A DNA stretch of 63,205 bases, the filler included, from Pirum gemmata (lineage: Eukaryota), in assembly GCA_002812295.1 (NCBI GenBank). It is 27 parts of 27 records of this genome, joined end to end, with 100 filler letters (N's around TTAATTAATTAA, not from the genome) between each part and the next. Parts side by side here need not be neighbours in the genome. Positions count along the whole stretch, not along the records: positions 25,274 to 27,172 come from PDIN01007793.1; positions 27,273 to 29,494 come from PDIN01007794.1; positions 29,595 to 31,810 come from PDIN01007795.1; positions 31,911 to 34,099 come from PDIN01007796.1; positions 34,200 to 36,387 come from PDIN01007797.1; positions 36,488 to 38,683 come from PDIN01007798.1; positions 38,784 to 40,923 come from PDIN01007799.1; 20 more parts are not named here. One strand, given 5' to 3'. Positions 27,041 through 39,214 of this stretch are shown piece by piece; position 1 is the stretch's first letter; the number at the start of each line of letters is the position of its first letter. Position numbers and translations under genes: made by a program. The notes beneath the pieces were generated by a model. The model did no database searches. It saw only the letters and a list, made by a program, of their open reading frames with translations, and was not told where the DNA came from.

Positions 27041-27839
27041 CAAATATCCTGTTTGCCAAGTTGAGTAATTGGGAATAATGAATCCCAGGTTCGTCGTTTT
27101 GCCATGAAACCTGATTGTGCAGTGCTAATTATATTATTGGCTTCCAAGAAGAGGTTAGCAGTCTGTTTTTAANNNNNNNNNNNNNNNNNNNNNNNNNNNN
27201 NNNNNNNNNNNNNNNNTTAATTAATTAANNNNNNNNNNNNNNNNNNNNNNNNNNNNNNNNNNNNNNNNNNNNTCGAAATTGTCACTATTTAATAATTAGG
27301 ATCGAGCTGTTTGATTCGATTATGTTTTCCCGTATCTCCCCCGAAAAAAAAAACTCGTTCAATTTTTCAACAACAGCAGTAATCTAAATTTTTAAAAAAT
27401 TCTTAAAAATTCTTAAAAATTTCATAAAAAAAACTTAAAACTCGAAAAAAAAATAGAATATCATTTCGAAATTGTCACTATTTAATAATTAGGATCGATT
27501 TGTCTGATTCGATTGTGTTTTCCCGTATTTCACCCGAAAAAAAAAAACTCGTTCAATTTTTTAACGACAGCACGAATCTGAGTTTAGTTAGCACTTCTTT
27601 TTACTGAATCGAGTTAGTGTTAATCGTCAAAAATCTCACTGGGGCATTAGGGTTAGGGTTAGGGTGCGGGTGCGGGTGCGGGTGCGGGGTAAGGGTTAGG
27701 GTTAGGGTTAAGGTTAGGGTTAAAGTTAGGGTTCAGATCAGGGTTTGGGGTTAGGGTTAGGGTTTGGGGTTAGGGTTAGGGTTAGGGGTAAGGTTCGGGT
27801 TAAGGTTAGGTTAAATATCATCTCCCCAAAATATTATAC

Positions 27840-29403
27840 CATCCCATTGACCATAGCCGTAAACTGGTGACAGTCCATACTCTGGATTCGCTCCTTTAAC
27901 GATAGCTTTATTAGGGCCTAGTAAGGAAAGAGAAAGTGGTTAGGGTTAGGGTTGGTTAGGGTTAGGGTTGGGGTTAGGGTTAGGGTTAGATTAGGATTAG
28001 GATTAGGGGTAGGTTTGGAATTAACAATAGTAACAGTAAGAGTACTATTACTAACAGACTGTAATAGTAATTGTAATAGTAAGGGTTAGGGTTAGAGTTA
28101 GGGTTACGGTTAGGGTTAGGGTTAGGGTTAAGGGTTAGGGTTAGGGTTAGGGTTAGGGTTAGGGTTAGGGTTAGGATTAGGATTAGGGGTAGGTTTGAAA
28201 TTAACAATAGTAATAGTAAGAGTACTATTACTAATAGTAACTGTAATAGTATTTGTTAGTTAGGTATGACCTGAGGAACAAATCTATAAATTTGTGGCTG
28301 CTCCATTTGGTGACGTCGATTTTCCGGAGGCCTTTATATATGAAAAAGGGTAGGATTAGTAATAATATCAAACAATAATATCAATAACAATGGCAAAAAA
28401 AAAACAATAACAATAACAAAAACAGTAACAATAACAATATCAATAACAATAACAATAACAATATCAATAACACTAACAATAACAATAACAATAACAATAA
28501 CAATAACAATAACAATAACAATAACAATAGCAATAACAATAACAATAACCACTATTACTATAAAAATAACAATAACAATAACAATAACAATAGCAATAAA
28601 TAAGAATAATAACAACAATTAAACATTAATAATAATAAAACAAAAAAAATAACAATAGCAATAACAATAGCAATAACAATAACAATAACAATAACAATAA
28701 CAATAACAATAACAATANTATTAGGGTTAGGGTTAGGGTTAGGGTTAGGGTTAGGGTTAGGGTATAACAATAACAATAACAATAACAATAACAATAACAA
28801 TAACAATAACAATAACAATAACAATAACAATAACAATAACAATAACAATCCATAACCCTAAACAATAACAATAACAATAACAATAACAATAACAATAACA
28901 ATAACAATAACAATAACAATAACAATAACAGGGCCTAACCCTAACCCTAACCCTAAGCACTATCACTGTAAAAAGAACAATAACAATAACAATAAAATAA
29001 GAATAATAACAACAATTAACAATAATATTAATAAAGCAAAAACAATAACAACAACAATAACTATAACTATAACTATAACTATAACTAATAATAACAATAA
29101 CAATAACAATAATAATAACAATAATAATAACAATAACAATAACAATAACAATAAAATTAGCTATATTAAAATAACCTCAACAATAAAAATAACAATAACA
29201 ATAACAAGAATAACTATAAAAGCAACACTACAACAATATAACCTTGTTTCTTTTTCAACATACGGCTCGTATTCGGCAAAATCAAGAGTTTCGAATTTCC
29301 CTTTTTGATCGAAAATCGAAATTTTCGAATCGTCATATGTAAATTCTCTAGATTCAGGCACTGGGAAGTTTTGTTCTTTTATTGATACTATTGGGGCACC
29401 CAA
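27840..29403 (-). CDS. Hypothetical protein, three probable internal exons (29403-29243, 28331-28271, 27917-27840), partial
   Basis: Three complex-sequence islands with AG/GT boundaries and compatible phases: LGAPIV...EKET-R-PPENRRHQMEQPQIYRFVPQ-ALIKLSLKERIQ...; the frame of the last exon is uncertain. Confidence 0.45.
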
Positions 29404-29404
29404 C

Positions 29405-29446
<42 letters not shown>

Positions 29447-29937
29447 TAATAATAATGATAATAATAGTGATAATAATAAAAAAATTAATAACATNNNNNN
29501 NNNNNNNNNNNNNNNNNNNNNNNNNNNNNNNNNNNNNNTTAATTAATTAANNNNNNNNNNNNNNNNNNNNNNNNNNNNNNNNNNNNNNNNNNNNTATTTA
29601 TTTCATTTTTTTCATGTCTGGGTTGCACCTTTTTAACGGTATATATGTATATATGACCAAAATATTATTTAAACTAAATTGGTGCGTAGTGATACAGAAC
29701 TCCACAGGACCCCAATCTTTTTATTTTTTTTTTCATTTTTTTCATGCTGGGGTTTTGCACCTTTTTAACAGTATGCGGTATATGACCAAAATATTATTTA
29801 AAATCTATACAAATAAGGCAGATTTTACTAAAAAAATATCAGTATATAACTAAATTGGTGTGTGGTGATACATAACTCCACAGGACCCCCAATTTTGTTT
29901 TGTTTTTGTTTTTTCTCTTGGTTTTTTTTTTTGTTTT

Positions 29938-29979
<42 letters not shown>

Positions 29980-29983
<4 letters not shown>

Positions 29984-30506
29984 TGCTTTAAAGAAAAGTA
30001 TCCTTCCACAGTTTTAATAATTGATGATACTGAACTTTTAATAAACACACCATCGTCAAGAGAACTTCAAAGTGCAACCTGGTCTGAATATAAACACCAC
30101 AATACTTTGAAAATTCTTGTTGGGATCTCTCTACTGGTATTGTAACTTTTGATTCAGTAACTACCATTTATCAAAAGGAGTTGTTTGGTAAATTATGGGA
30201 AGGAATTTAGTTATGGCTGGTAAAGGCTTCTAAATTGCCGATTTAATGACTACTGGTGTAGATTATAAGATGTCACCTATGCTTCAAAAAGGGGTTCAAA
30301 TTAATGAGAACCACAAACTAACAGTCAAAATAGCATCTGCAAGAATACCTGTTGAAAGAGTTATTGCTAGAGCAAAGAGGTTTGTAATCATTGGTGGCGA
30401 AGTTGACATGAATATGATGCCAATGATAAATGAAATATCGAAAATTTGTTTCTATTTAGTAAATTTTCAAAATAAATGTGTAAATGAAGGTCTAGTCCCT
30501 AGCTAG
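29980..30506 (+). pseudogene. Degenerate PIF/Harbinger (ISL2EU-like, DDE_Tnp_4) transposase
   Basis: IIDDTELLINTPSS..LQSATWSEYKHHNTLKILVGIS, VMAGKGF* (degenerate ADKGF), IASARIPVERVIARAK; frameshifts and stops. Confidence 0.85.
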
Positions 30507-30914
30507 GGATGTACTACTTGAATAAATTTATGATTTAATGTATTGATTAATAAGCAATACATGCTAGTTTAAAACTAATGTTTTCTTTGAAAAATAATAA
30601 TACTATATATGGTATTATATATATATATTAGACTTTTTTTTTTTTTGGTGTTTTATTTTTCTTATTTTATACTTTAAATTTACTTGTTTTAGCCACATAT
30701 TACTATATTACGTGAATTTCTTACCAAAAAAAAATTACTATATTTTGTAAAATTTTAAATGCTGACCATTGGATATTTTTTTTGAAAGTAAATCTAAGCT
30801 AACAAAATACATTTCCCCCAAAATTTTAAAATTTTCCCAATTTAATTAGTGATGTCAGAAAAATAAGCAATGGTTTATTTATAAAAGTTTTGTACAACTA
30901 GTTGCAATATATAA

Positions 30915-31620
30915 ATCATAAATAACAAAAAGGGTTAAATTAAATAAACTGTATAGTAGAAGTAGGAATATTACCCCTTAATACTCCTTTTTGGCAATGA
31001 ATTGCGCGGAATTTGGGTGATTATGCGATAATTTATTATATTTAAGGATATAATTTGTAACGGTTTTGTACTACAACTATACTTACAATACACATTAAAT
31101 TACCCATCGAGTTATACCAATTATAAATAACAAAAAGGGGTAAATTAAATAAATTATATAGTAGAAGTAGGAATATTACCCCCTAACATTCCCCTAACAC
31201 TCCTTTTTGTATTGCGCGCAATTTGGGTGATTACACGATAATGTATTATATTTATGAATATAATTTATAAACGACAATACACTTCAAATTACCCACCAAG
31301 CAATACAAATTATAAATAACAAAAAGGGGGAAATTAAATAAACTGTATAGTAGAAGTAGGAATATTACCCCCTAACACTCCTTTTTGACAATAAATTGCG
31401 CGCAATTTGGGTGATTACGCGATAGTTTATTATATTCATGGATATAATTTATAACCTTTTGTACAACAACTATAGTTACAATACACATTAAATTACCCAT
31501 CAAGTAATAAAAGTTATAAATAACAAAAAGGGGTAAATTAAATAAACTGTATAGTAGAAGTAGGAATATTACCCCCTAAAACTCCTTTTTGTAACGAATT
31601 GCGCGCAATTTGGGTGATTT
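30915..31620. repeat. ~200-bp tandem repeat, ~3.5 copies
   Basis: aataacaaaaaggg..aaattaaataaactgtatagtagaagtaggaatattacccc at about 30920, 31125, 31315 and 31518. Confidence 0.85.
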
Positions 31621-32277
31621 CTTTTAGTTGTGTTTGAAAATGGTATTCCTGTAACCGTGGGTATTTGGCTAACACCTTAGACCATTCAAGATTAACACAG
31701 GCTAATTCTTCATCCTCAATCATGTGTTCAGCCAATTGTAAATTACGATGGTGAGCTAATATTTCAGTTTTCTGATATGGTTAAATGATCATTATATATA
31801 TATGTATATANNNNNNNNNNNNNNNNNNNNNNNNNNNNNNNNNNNNNNNNNNNNTTAATTAATTAANNNNNNNNNNNNNNNNNNNNNNNNNNNNNNNNNN
31901 NNNNNNNNNNTTGACAAAAATACCCTTCTAGATTCAATTCTATCTTCACATTTTTCCATCTTCAGATTTTTTACTGGTAATGCTAGTACAAGTGTACTTG
32001 CAGTTTAATTACAAGATTATAATTACTTGGTACTAGCAGGTTAGTTAAGGAAGTTGATATAATGGTAGTGGTAAAGATAATGGTGATGATAATTGATAAG
32101 GATGAGGTGATGGCGGAGGTGATGATTTTGGTTGGTGTGATGGTTGGTATAATAATATCCTAAACCTAACCCTAACCGTAATAGTTTTAACCCTAACCTA
32201 ATAATAATACCCTAACCTAATAATATTAGCAATAATGGTAAGAATATATAGTAATAGTAATAATAATAATAATAATC

Positions 32278-32313
<36 letters not shown>

Positions 32314-32861
32314 GAAATAATAGTAATGACTTCTATCAAAGAATAAGTGATGTCTTTTATGAATGTTCCCGTTCAATCTGGGTAAAACTAAAAAAGTTGA
32401 GTGTCACTTTTTGATGAAAAATAAAATGACATTATAAGATTGATGGAAACTATTACTCTGTTTATATATATGAAGAGGTTTAACTTATCTATAATGAACG
32501 AAATAATAATAAACAAATTAATGTTTCTATATAATATATTAATATTATTATAATATATTATTACATTTCAAAATAATTTATTATCAAAAAGCTACTTCAT
32601 ACAATGAACATAGCTATATTTTTAATTTCCAACAATAAAAATAATTATAACTTAATAATATAACATTATTAACTACCTGGACAACCTTCAGCAATGGAAG
32701 AGAGAACCAAACCAATATGAAAAATGAATAGGAATAAGAGTGGTATATTATATTTCAAAATAATTTATTGTCAAAAAAGCTACTTCATACAATGAACATA
32801 GCTATATTATTTTCAATTTGCAACTATACAGATAACAAAAAGAAGCCAAAACTTAATTAAA

Positions 32862-33815
32862 TTACTGACTGCCTGGACAACCTTCAGCAATGGAAGGAAG
32901 TACTACTCTAGCTACTCTGCCTGCATAGATTTCAGGTTGTGGAGTAGGGTAAGCAGCATAAACATCTAAAAATGGTCCCGCATAACCTTCACCATTGTGA
33001 TTTACCATCAAAATTTCAATAGATACATCATCACATCTATCTTTAACAATTTGATAAGCGTCAGCATTCAAAGTGACAGATAACTGATCAGTGTTTGGAA
33101 GACAATCATTACAATAATCACAAGCATCTCCATCTTCTTCAGTGCAAGCACCACCATTGGTATTAATGGCTTCTAATATACCGTTGTTACCATCACTAAA
33201 ATCATAACCAGGAACAACACCATTAGCGTCAATCAATCTTCCTCTTACTTCAAAATGGTAGTTAAAGTTCTGACCTTCCAAGTCAATTTTACAATTACCG
33301 TTGTATTGATTGCCAAAACAACCAGAAGAATCTACATTGGTCATTTCTGGGATAGGGGCACCAACAGTCATAGATTGCCAGGAATCATCATCGGGTGTAC
33401 TACTGCAAGTTTTAGGATAATAATCACCGTTTGTATCGAACAGTTTATATTGGATAATAGGTGGTGAATTTTCATAATCTTCTGTAAAAGTTGTATCAGC
33501 AATTTTTTGACCTAAAGACCAAGGAAATTTACCGTTGACTTTGTATGGAGTTCCGTGGGCACCAAAGCCTGCACAACGAATGTTTCCAGTTTCCCAACTA
33601 TTTTGATCATATTCATCAGTGTTGACTTGAAATGGTACGAAAGAATATTCATTTCCGTCGTATTGGAATTCAACGCGGCAATTTCTACCTGAAGGGTAAG
33701 CAACAAGGTTATTTTCATCTACATTTTCAATTACATAATGAAAATCATTAAATGCATGCCAAGCAGCATAAGATTGAGTGTTAACAAGATCGCTTACAGG
33801 ACAAGAGTTTGGCAT
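32862..33815 (-). CDS. Hypothetical 317-aa acidic Cys/Gly/Asn/aromatic-rich protein, intronless
   Basis: Complete ATG-to-TAA ORF of complex sequence with A-rich start context; no motif recognised and no clear signal peptide. Confidence 0.8.
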   Translation of the reverse strand: MPNSCPVSDLVNTQSYAAWHAFNDFHYVIENVDENNLVAYPSGRNCRVEFQYDGNEYSFVPFQVNTDEYDQNSWETGNIRCAGFGAHGTPYKVNGKFPWSLGQKIADTTFTEDYENSPPIIQYKLFDTNGDYYPKTCSSTPDDDSWQSMTVGAPIPEMTNVDSSGCFGNQYNGNCKIDLEGQNFNYHFEVRGRLIDANGVVPGYDFSDGNNGILEAINTNGGACTEEDGDACDYCNDCLPNTDQLSVTLNADAYQIVKDRCDDVSIEILMVNHNGEGYAGPFLDVYAAYPTPQPEIYAGRVARVVLPSIAEGCPGSQ

Positions 33816-34199
33816 TTTTCTTGTTTATATATTATATTAAAATAGTTTAAAAAGGTATTTTTTAATTAATTAATGTGAATAAATAATAATGATGATGATA
33901 ATAGTAATAATAATAATAATAAATGTATGTTGAAAATGTGAATGTTTATGTATTACTGGTTTTTAGAGTTAATAATGAATGAACTAATTTTTCTTTTTTA
34001 TTCATTTTCAAAAAAATCATTGTTTTATACCTTTTTTTTTCTTTTCCTTTCTTTCTTTCTTTTTTTTTTCTCGTTGTCATTAATAATAATAATAATCTTN
34101 NNNNNNNNNNNNNNNNNNNNNNNNNNNNNNNNNNNNNNNNNNNTTAATTAATTAANNNNNNNNNNNNNNNNNNNNNNNNNNNNNNNNNNNNNNNNNNNN

Positions 34200-35620
34200 T
34201 TAGGGTTAGGGTTAGGGTTAGAGGGTTAGGGTTAGCTTTGGGGAGGGTTAGGGTACTGTTATTAATAGGGTTTTATAATAATTTACCAGTAGTTATAGGG
34301 CAGATCTAGCTAGAGTGGGTTTGAATTATGTAGTGGCATTTGTAATATTATTAATTGATGCATTTATTATATCAATTAATATTAATATCATAATATCTAT
34401 TTTATTATTATAATATCATAGTCTACATAATAATATTCTAATGTTTTTCAATAGTGTTAACTAACCCTACCCTAACCCATTTTTTGTTGCTTCACTACTC
34501 TAGCTAGACTAGACTACCCTAACCCTAAAACCCTAACCCTAACCCTAACCCTAACCCTAACCCTAACCTCTAGCTAGTAGACTATCGATACAACTAGTTA
34601 GCTAGTTAGACTAGCTACTAGCTAGCTAGGGGAAGTCCCTAGCTAGCTAGGGTTATAGTTAGGGTTAGGGTTAGGGTTAGGGTTAGGGTTAGGGTTAGGG
34701 TTAGTTAGGGTTAGGGTTAGTTAGGGTTAGGGTTAGTTAGGGTTAGGGTTAGGGTTAGGGTTAGGGGTAGGACTGACGATACTACTGGGGTCTATGCTCT
34801 ACTAGCTAACCCTAACCCTGACCCTAACCCTAACCCTAACCCTAACCCTGCTATGCTAGCTAGTACTAGACCTACTACTAGACGGGGGTCTATGATATGA
34901 TACCCTAGCTAGCTAGCTAGACTAGCTAGTCTACTATCTAGCTAGGTCTAGTCTACACTAGCTAGCTAGCTAGCTAGCTAGAGGTGCAACATTTCAGGAG
35001 ACTTTTTTTTTACTATGCATAATTTATTAAAAAAAATAACTTAAAGATAAATAAATAATTCTATTCTACCTGGCTAGTCTGGCTAGTGCCTAACCAAAAA
35101 TTCCAAAAGGCTTGGTACCAAATCCAGTCCAAAACCCCTAAAGTTCGCCCATAATTAAAAGTCGGATGTCGGTTCGGGGCCTTTTGCCTTTCCCCCCCGA
35201 AACGACCGACTCGGNGGGGTCAACCCCCCCGAGTCGGGGGGGTTGATTTTCCCGAGTCGGATGTCGGATTTGACAACCCTGGTTTGTTCCCCCCACTTTT
35301 TTTTTTTCTTTTTTATGCGCAAATTGTTATGTGGTAAAAAGAAACAAACATGAAAATAGGATAATAGCTCTATAAGGATAATAGTAGCTGGAATGATATG
35401 ATATGTAGAGTCGTAAAAATCGGTAGACCTACCCCCAGAGCTAGCTAGCTAGCTAGCTAGTAGTAGCAGGGTTAGTTTTGGGTTATGGCAACTTGGTTAT
35501 GGTTAGGGTTAGGGTTAGGGTTAGGGTCAAGGTTAGGGTTAAGGTTAGTGGTTAGGGTTAGGGTTAGGGTTAGGGTTAGGGTTAGTTAGGGTTAGGGTTA
35601 GGGTTAGGGTTTAGGGTAAT
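34200..35620. repeat. Interstitial telomere-type arrays in alternating orientation with (CTAG)n-rich spacers
   Basis: TTAGGG ~34200, CCCTAA ~34517-34568, TTAGGG ~34659-34765, CCCTAA ~34807-34848, TTAGGG ~35503-35616. Confidence 0.85.
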
Positions 35621-36661
35621 AATATTAATAATTATACATATTATTATGAATGATATTATGATAAAAGGTGGAAATAAGAGAAATAAGTTCAAATAACACG
35701 AGTACAACTATTTCATTACAGTTTGTAGTACGGTTGTCCTCACTGTTAATTTAAGGGTAACTAGTTTATAAAATACAACATTAAGTAAAATACCAAATTA
35801 ATTAAAGTCTATTTGGTACGTTTCTTTCAGTTTTTGAACTGGAATTTCTGGAAAGCACGATAATTAAAAAAAAAATAAAACCATCCCAACCCCAACCCCA
35901 ACCCCAGCCTTCACCTTCCTCACCCTCACCCTCACTCTAACTCCAACTCCAACCATAATCCTAACCCTATGGCAATATTTGTTTCATACTCCCAATAGAC
36001 TAATCATTGCATAAATAAGTAATAAATAATAACAATTTAATACACCAGCCCGAAATACGTACAATAAAAAAATAAAAAACCTTGTACGATCTGATTAAAT
36101 TTTTAATTTTATGTAGTATTGAGTTAGGTATATCTTGACCCTAGGCCTAACCACAACAATCGTATATAATAACAATTGCAATAGTAAAATAAAACCCTAA
36201 GGGCTAGGGCTAGGGTTAGAGTTAAGCTTAAGGTCAGCGTTACGATTAACAAAAACCAATCAATTTTTTAATATTTATTAGTGTGCAAAAATGTTTATTA
36301 TACTAATACTATTTCAACTAATATTACTTCCACTACTACCACTGCGTCTAGTATATCAGTACGACTATTATTATATTATTATTATTANNNNNNNNNNNNN
36401 NNNNNNNNNNNNNNNNNNNNNNNNNNNNNNNTTAATTAATTAANNNNNNNNNNNNNNNNNNNNNNNNNNNNNNNNNNNNNNNNNNNNATTAAAAAAAAAA
36501 AAAAAAAAACAAAATAATGTAATATAAAAATAATGTTTATTTTAAAGTATTACGATTAATCTATTTATTAACTGTATTTACTTTTACATTATTAATATTA
36601 TTACAAATTTCCTATAAATTATAATTTTGACATAAATAATAATAATTAAGTACAGTTATAT

Positions 36662-38194
36662 TTAATTAGCTACAGCTACTTTCATATCCTTTACTGTAAA
36701 TGCACCATCGGTCTCAACTTTGACGTCATACCAACCTTGGTCCCCTTCATGGTTATACCCTCCTCCACCTCCACTGATGTAGGCTTTTATATTAGGAACT
36801 TGAGTATTACTCTCCAATATTTTATGAGTATGACCAGCAAAAAATAATATGTTTTTGGTATCATTCTCACCTGCCCATTGTTGAATGATGTTTCTTGCAG
36901 ATACCCATCTTTTTGCCCAGTCATACCGTTTACCTTGACCAACAACAAATGTTTCGTAATTCCAAGGATAATGAGAATTGATCAAAATGGTTTTGGCATT
37001 TTTAGCACTCGATTCCAAAGTACTTTTAATAAAATTTTCAGTTACAATTTGTAGTTGAGTCATTCTCTTCTCGCAAAAGGCTTTACCACACCCATCGCCA
37101 AGGTATTGACAAGCAGAGGGATCCATATAGTTTGTATCAATATTCAATATCAATAACTGATGAGACTGCAAGTATTTATTTATCTCGTAGTTTCTTCCTT
37201 GAAATTGCCAAGCGGATTGAGCATTGGCACCTAAAAAGTTTAAGTTAGGTTTGATTTGAAAACAATCGCTGGGAGCGTTTAATTTAGGATCCGTACATCC
37301 ACAAGTAGTTTGTTGGTAATCATGATTCCCCATAACACTATACCACGGCATATCTACTAACCCCTTTGGATTGTATATATCATACCAGGTTTGCTTCCAA
37401 AATGGATCTTCTTCACTTTGGATACCATGATGATAAAAAGAATCACCAGTGTTAAGGATAAAATTGGGTTTGCCTTTACCATTGACGAAATTGTGATTTG
37501 CTATAGAACTAGCCACAGCCTTTTGGGTATTGCTATTTTTAAACCCATTACTATCAGGGTGGTTGTATCCTAATATGCCTTCAGCAAAACCCCAATCTCC
37601 GAAACAAGCGAATTCCAATGTCTTATTAGCTTGTGCAGGGACAGGTGGGGCAGGGGCAGGTGGGGCAGGGGCAGGTGGGGCAGGGGAGAGAAGGGTAGTA
37701 GAGAGGGTAGGTACATCCATATTGCATGGCTTTCGGCAAATGTTTTTATACACATTATTGTGCAAGAATAACTGAAACTCTGCACGTGAACTTTCGGGGG
37801 TAAGATTTTTATAGGAACCAGGATTCATCTTAATTCCATGGTTTATTGCCCAGGTAATATGTTTATAACAAGCACATTCTGCTTCAGAATTACAATCACT
37901 ACATTGGTCGTCGGGGTTGGGTTTGGGTTTTGAGCATTTTTTTTTACAAGGCTTAGGGCATTTTTTATTGGAATGATATATGAATTCTTGAAATTTGGCG
38001 ATTGGACTGGAGGCTGTTAACCCAGATCCATCGTACAAATGCGCATGATTTTTTATACCCTCTGTTCTTGCCCATTCAATTTCTGAGAAGCAACCCCCAC
38101 AAGTGTTTTGTTTTGTGCAAGTTTGGCAAGATTCTGCTGCTGATAAAGTGAATGCAAAAAAGCAAAAACTTGAGAAAAAGGCAGAAAATTTCAT
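36662..38194 (-). CDS. Secreted calcineurin-like metallophosphoesterase (purple/tartrate-resistant acid phosphatase type) with two N-terminal Cys/Trp modules and a Pro-Ala linker, 510 aa
   Basis: Signal peptide MKFSAFFSSFCFFAFTLSAA; motifs FGDWG, TGDSFY, MGNHDY, SHYP, AGHTH, SGGGG; intronless. ATG at 38194 preferred over the upstream TTG. Confidence 0.9.
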   Translation of the reverse strand: MKFSAFFSSFCFFAFTLSAAESCQTCTKQNTCGGCFSEIEWARTEGIKNHAHLYDGSGLTASSPIAKFQEFIYHSNKKCPKPCKKKCSKPKPNPDDQCSDCNSEAECACYKHITWAINHGIKMNPGSYKNLTPESSRAEFQLFLHNNVYKNICRKPCNMDVPTLSTTLLSPAPPAPAPPAPAPPVPAQANKTLEFACFGDWGFAEGILGYNHPDSNGFKNSNTQKAVASSIANHNFVNGKGKPNFILNTGDSFYHHGIQSEEDPFWKQTWYDIYNPKGLVDMPWYSVMGNHDYQQTTCGCTDPKLNAPSDCFQIKPNLNFLGANAQSAWQFQGRNYEINKYLQSHQLLILNIDTNYMDPSACQYLGDGCGKAFCEKRMTQLQIVTENFIKSTLESSAKNAKTILINSHYPWNYETFVVGQGKRYDWAKRWVSARNIIQQWAGENDTKNILFFAGHTHKILESNTQVPNIKAYISGGGGGYNHEGDQGWYDVKVETDGAFTVKDMKVAVAN

Positions 38195-39214
38195 TGTTAC
38201 TTTGATTTTTTTTTTTTTTTCTTGAATTTTGTTAAAAATAGAGTGTTGTTTTTTCAAATTTGTAAAAAATAAAATTAATATTATATTTTTTTTTCTTTCT
38301 TTTTTTGATTTTAATTAAACAAGAGATTTTTAGAATATTTACATAAATTATTATTTTTTATTATTATTATTGTTATTTTTTTACATTATATATATTATTT
38401 TTTTTTCTAAAGAAATCAACAAAATTTTAATAATATGATACCATGGAGTAACATGTATGTCTCATACACCTATAGTATTACAAAACATAAAATATTGAAA
38501 AATAAAAAAGGATTTCAAAATTAATTAGAGCGATTCTTGGTTTTTATCAAAAAAATCATTATAATTGTAAGGCCTAAAACAGCTCTTTGATATTGATTTT
38601 TCTTTAAAGTTTAATCAAAAAATTGGTAAAAAAAAAAACTGAACAAACGCTAGACCAAACTATTATTGTTATAATAATAATAANNNNNNNNNNNNNNNNN
38701 NNNNNNNNNNNNNNNNNNNNNNNNNNNTTAATTAATTAANNNNNNNNNNNNNNNNNNNNNNNNNNNNNNNNNNNNNNNNNNNNATACTAACTACTTAACA
38801 TGTATCAACATACTCCCCGGGCTAAAGAAAAGGCACCCCCGAAAAAAAATCATTAATCATAGATAAGACCAATAAATATAAACATAATAACTAATACAAA
38901 ACAAAAACAAAATCAAAAAACAAACAAAAATAAATAAAATAAAGCAAAACAAAATAAATAAAACAAAACAAAAAGAATAATAAAATAAATAAATAAATAA
39001 ATAAAAATAAAATAAAATGAAATAAAACAAAAACCAAACAAAACAAAAACAAAAACAAAAACAAAATAAAAACAAATTTAAAACCGAAATAAAAGAAGAG
39101 AACTAAAAACCAAAACCAAAACCAAAATCAAAACAAAAACAAACAAACAAAAATAAAAACAGAAACAAAAACAAAAACAAAAATAAAAATTATAAAGTAA
39201 ATATTATGAGAGTA

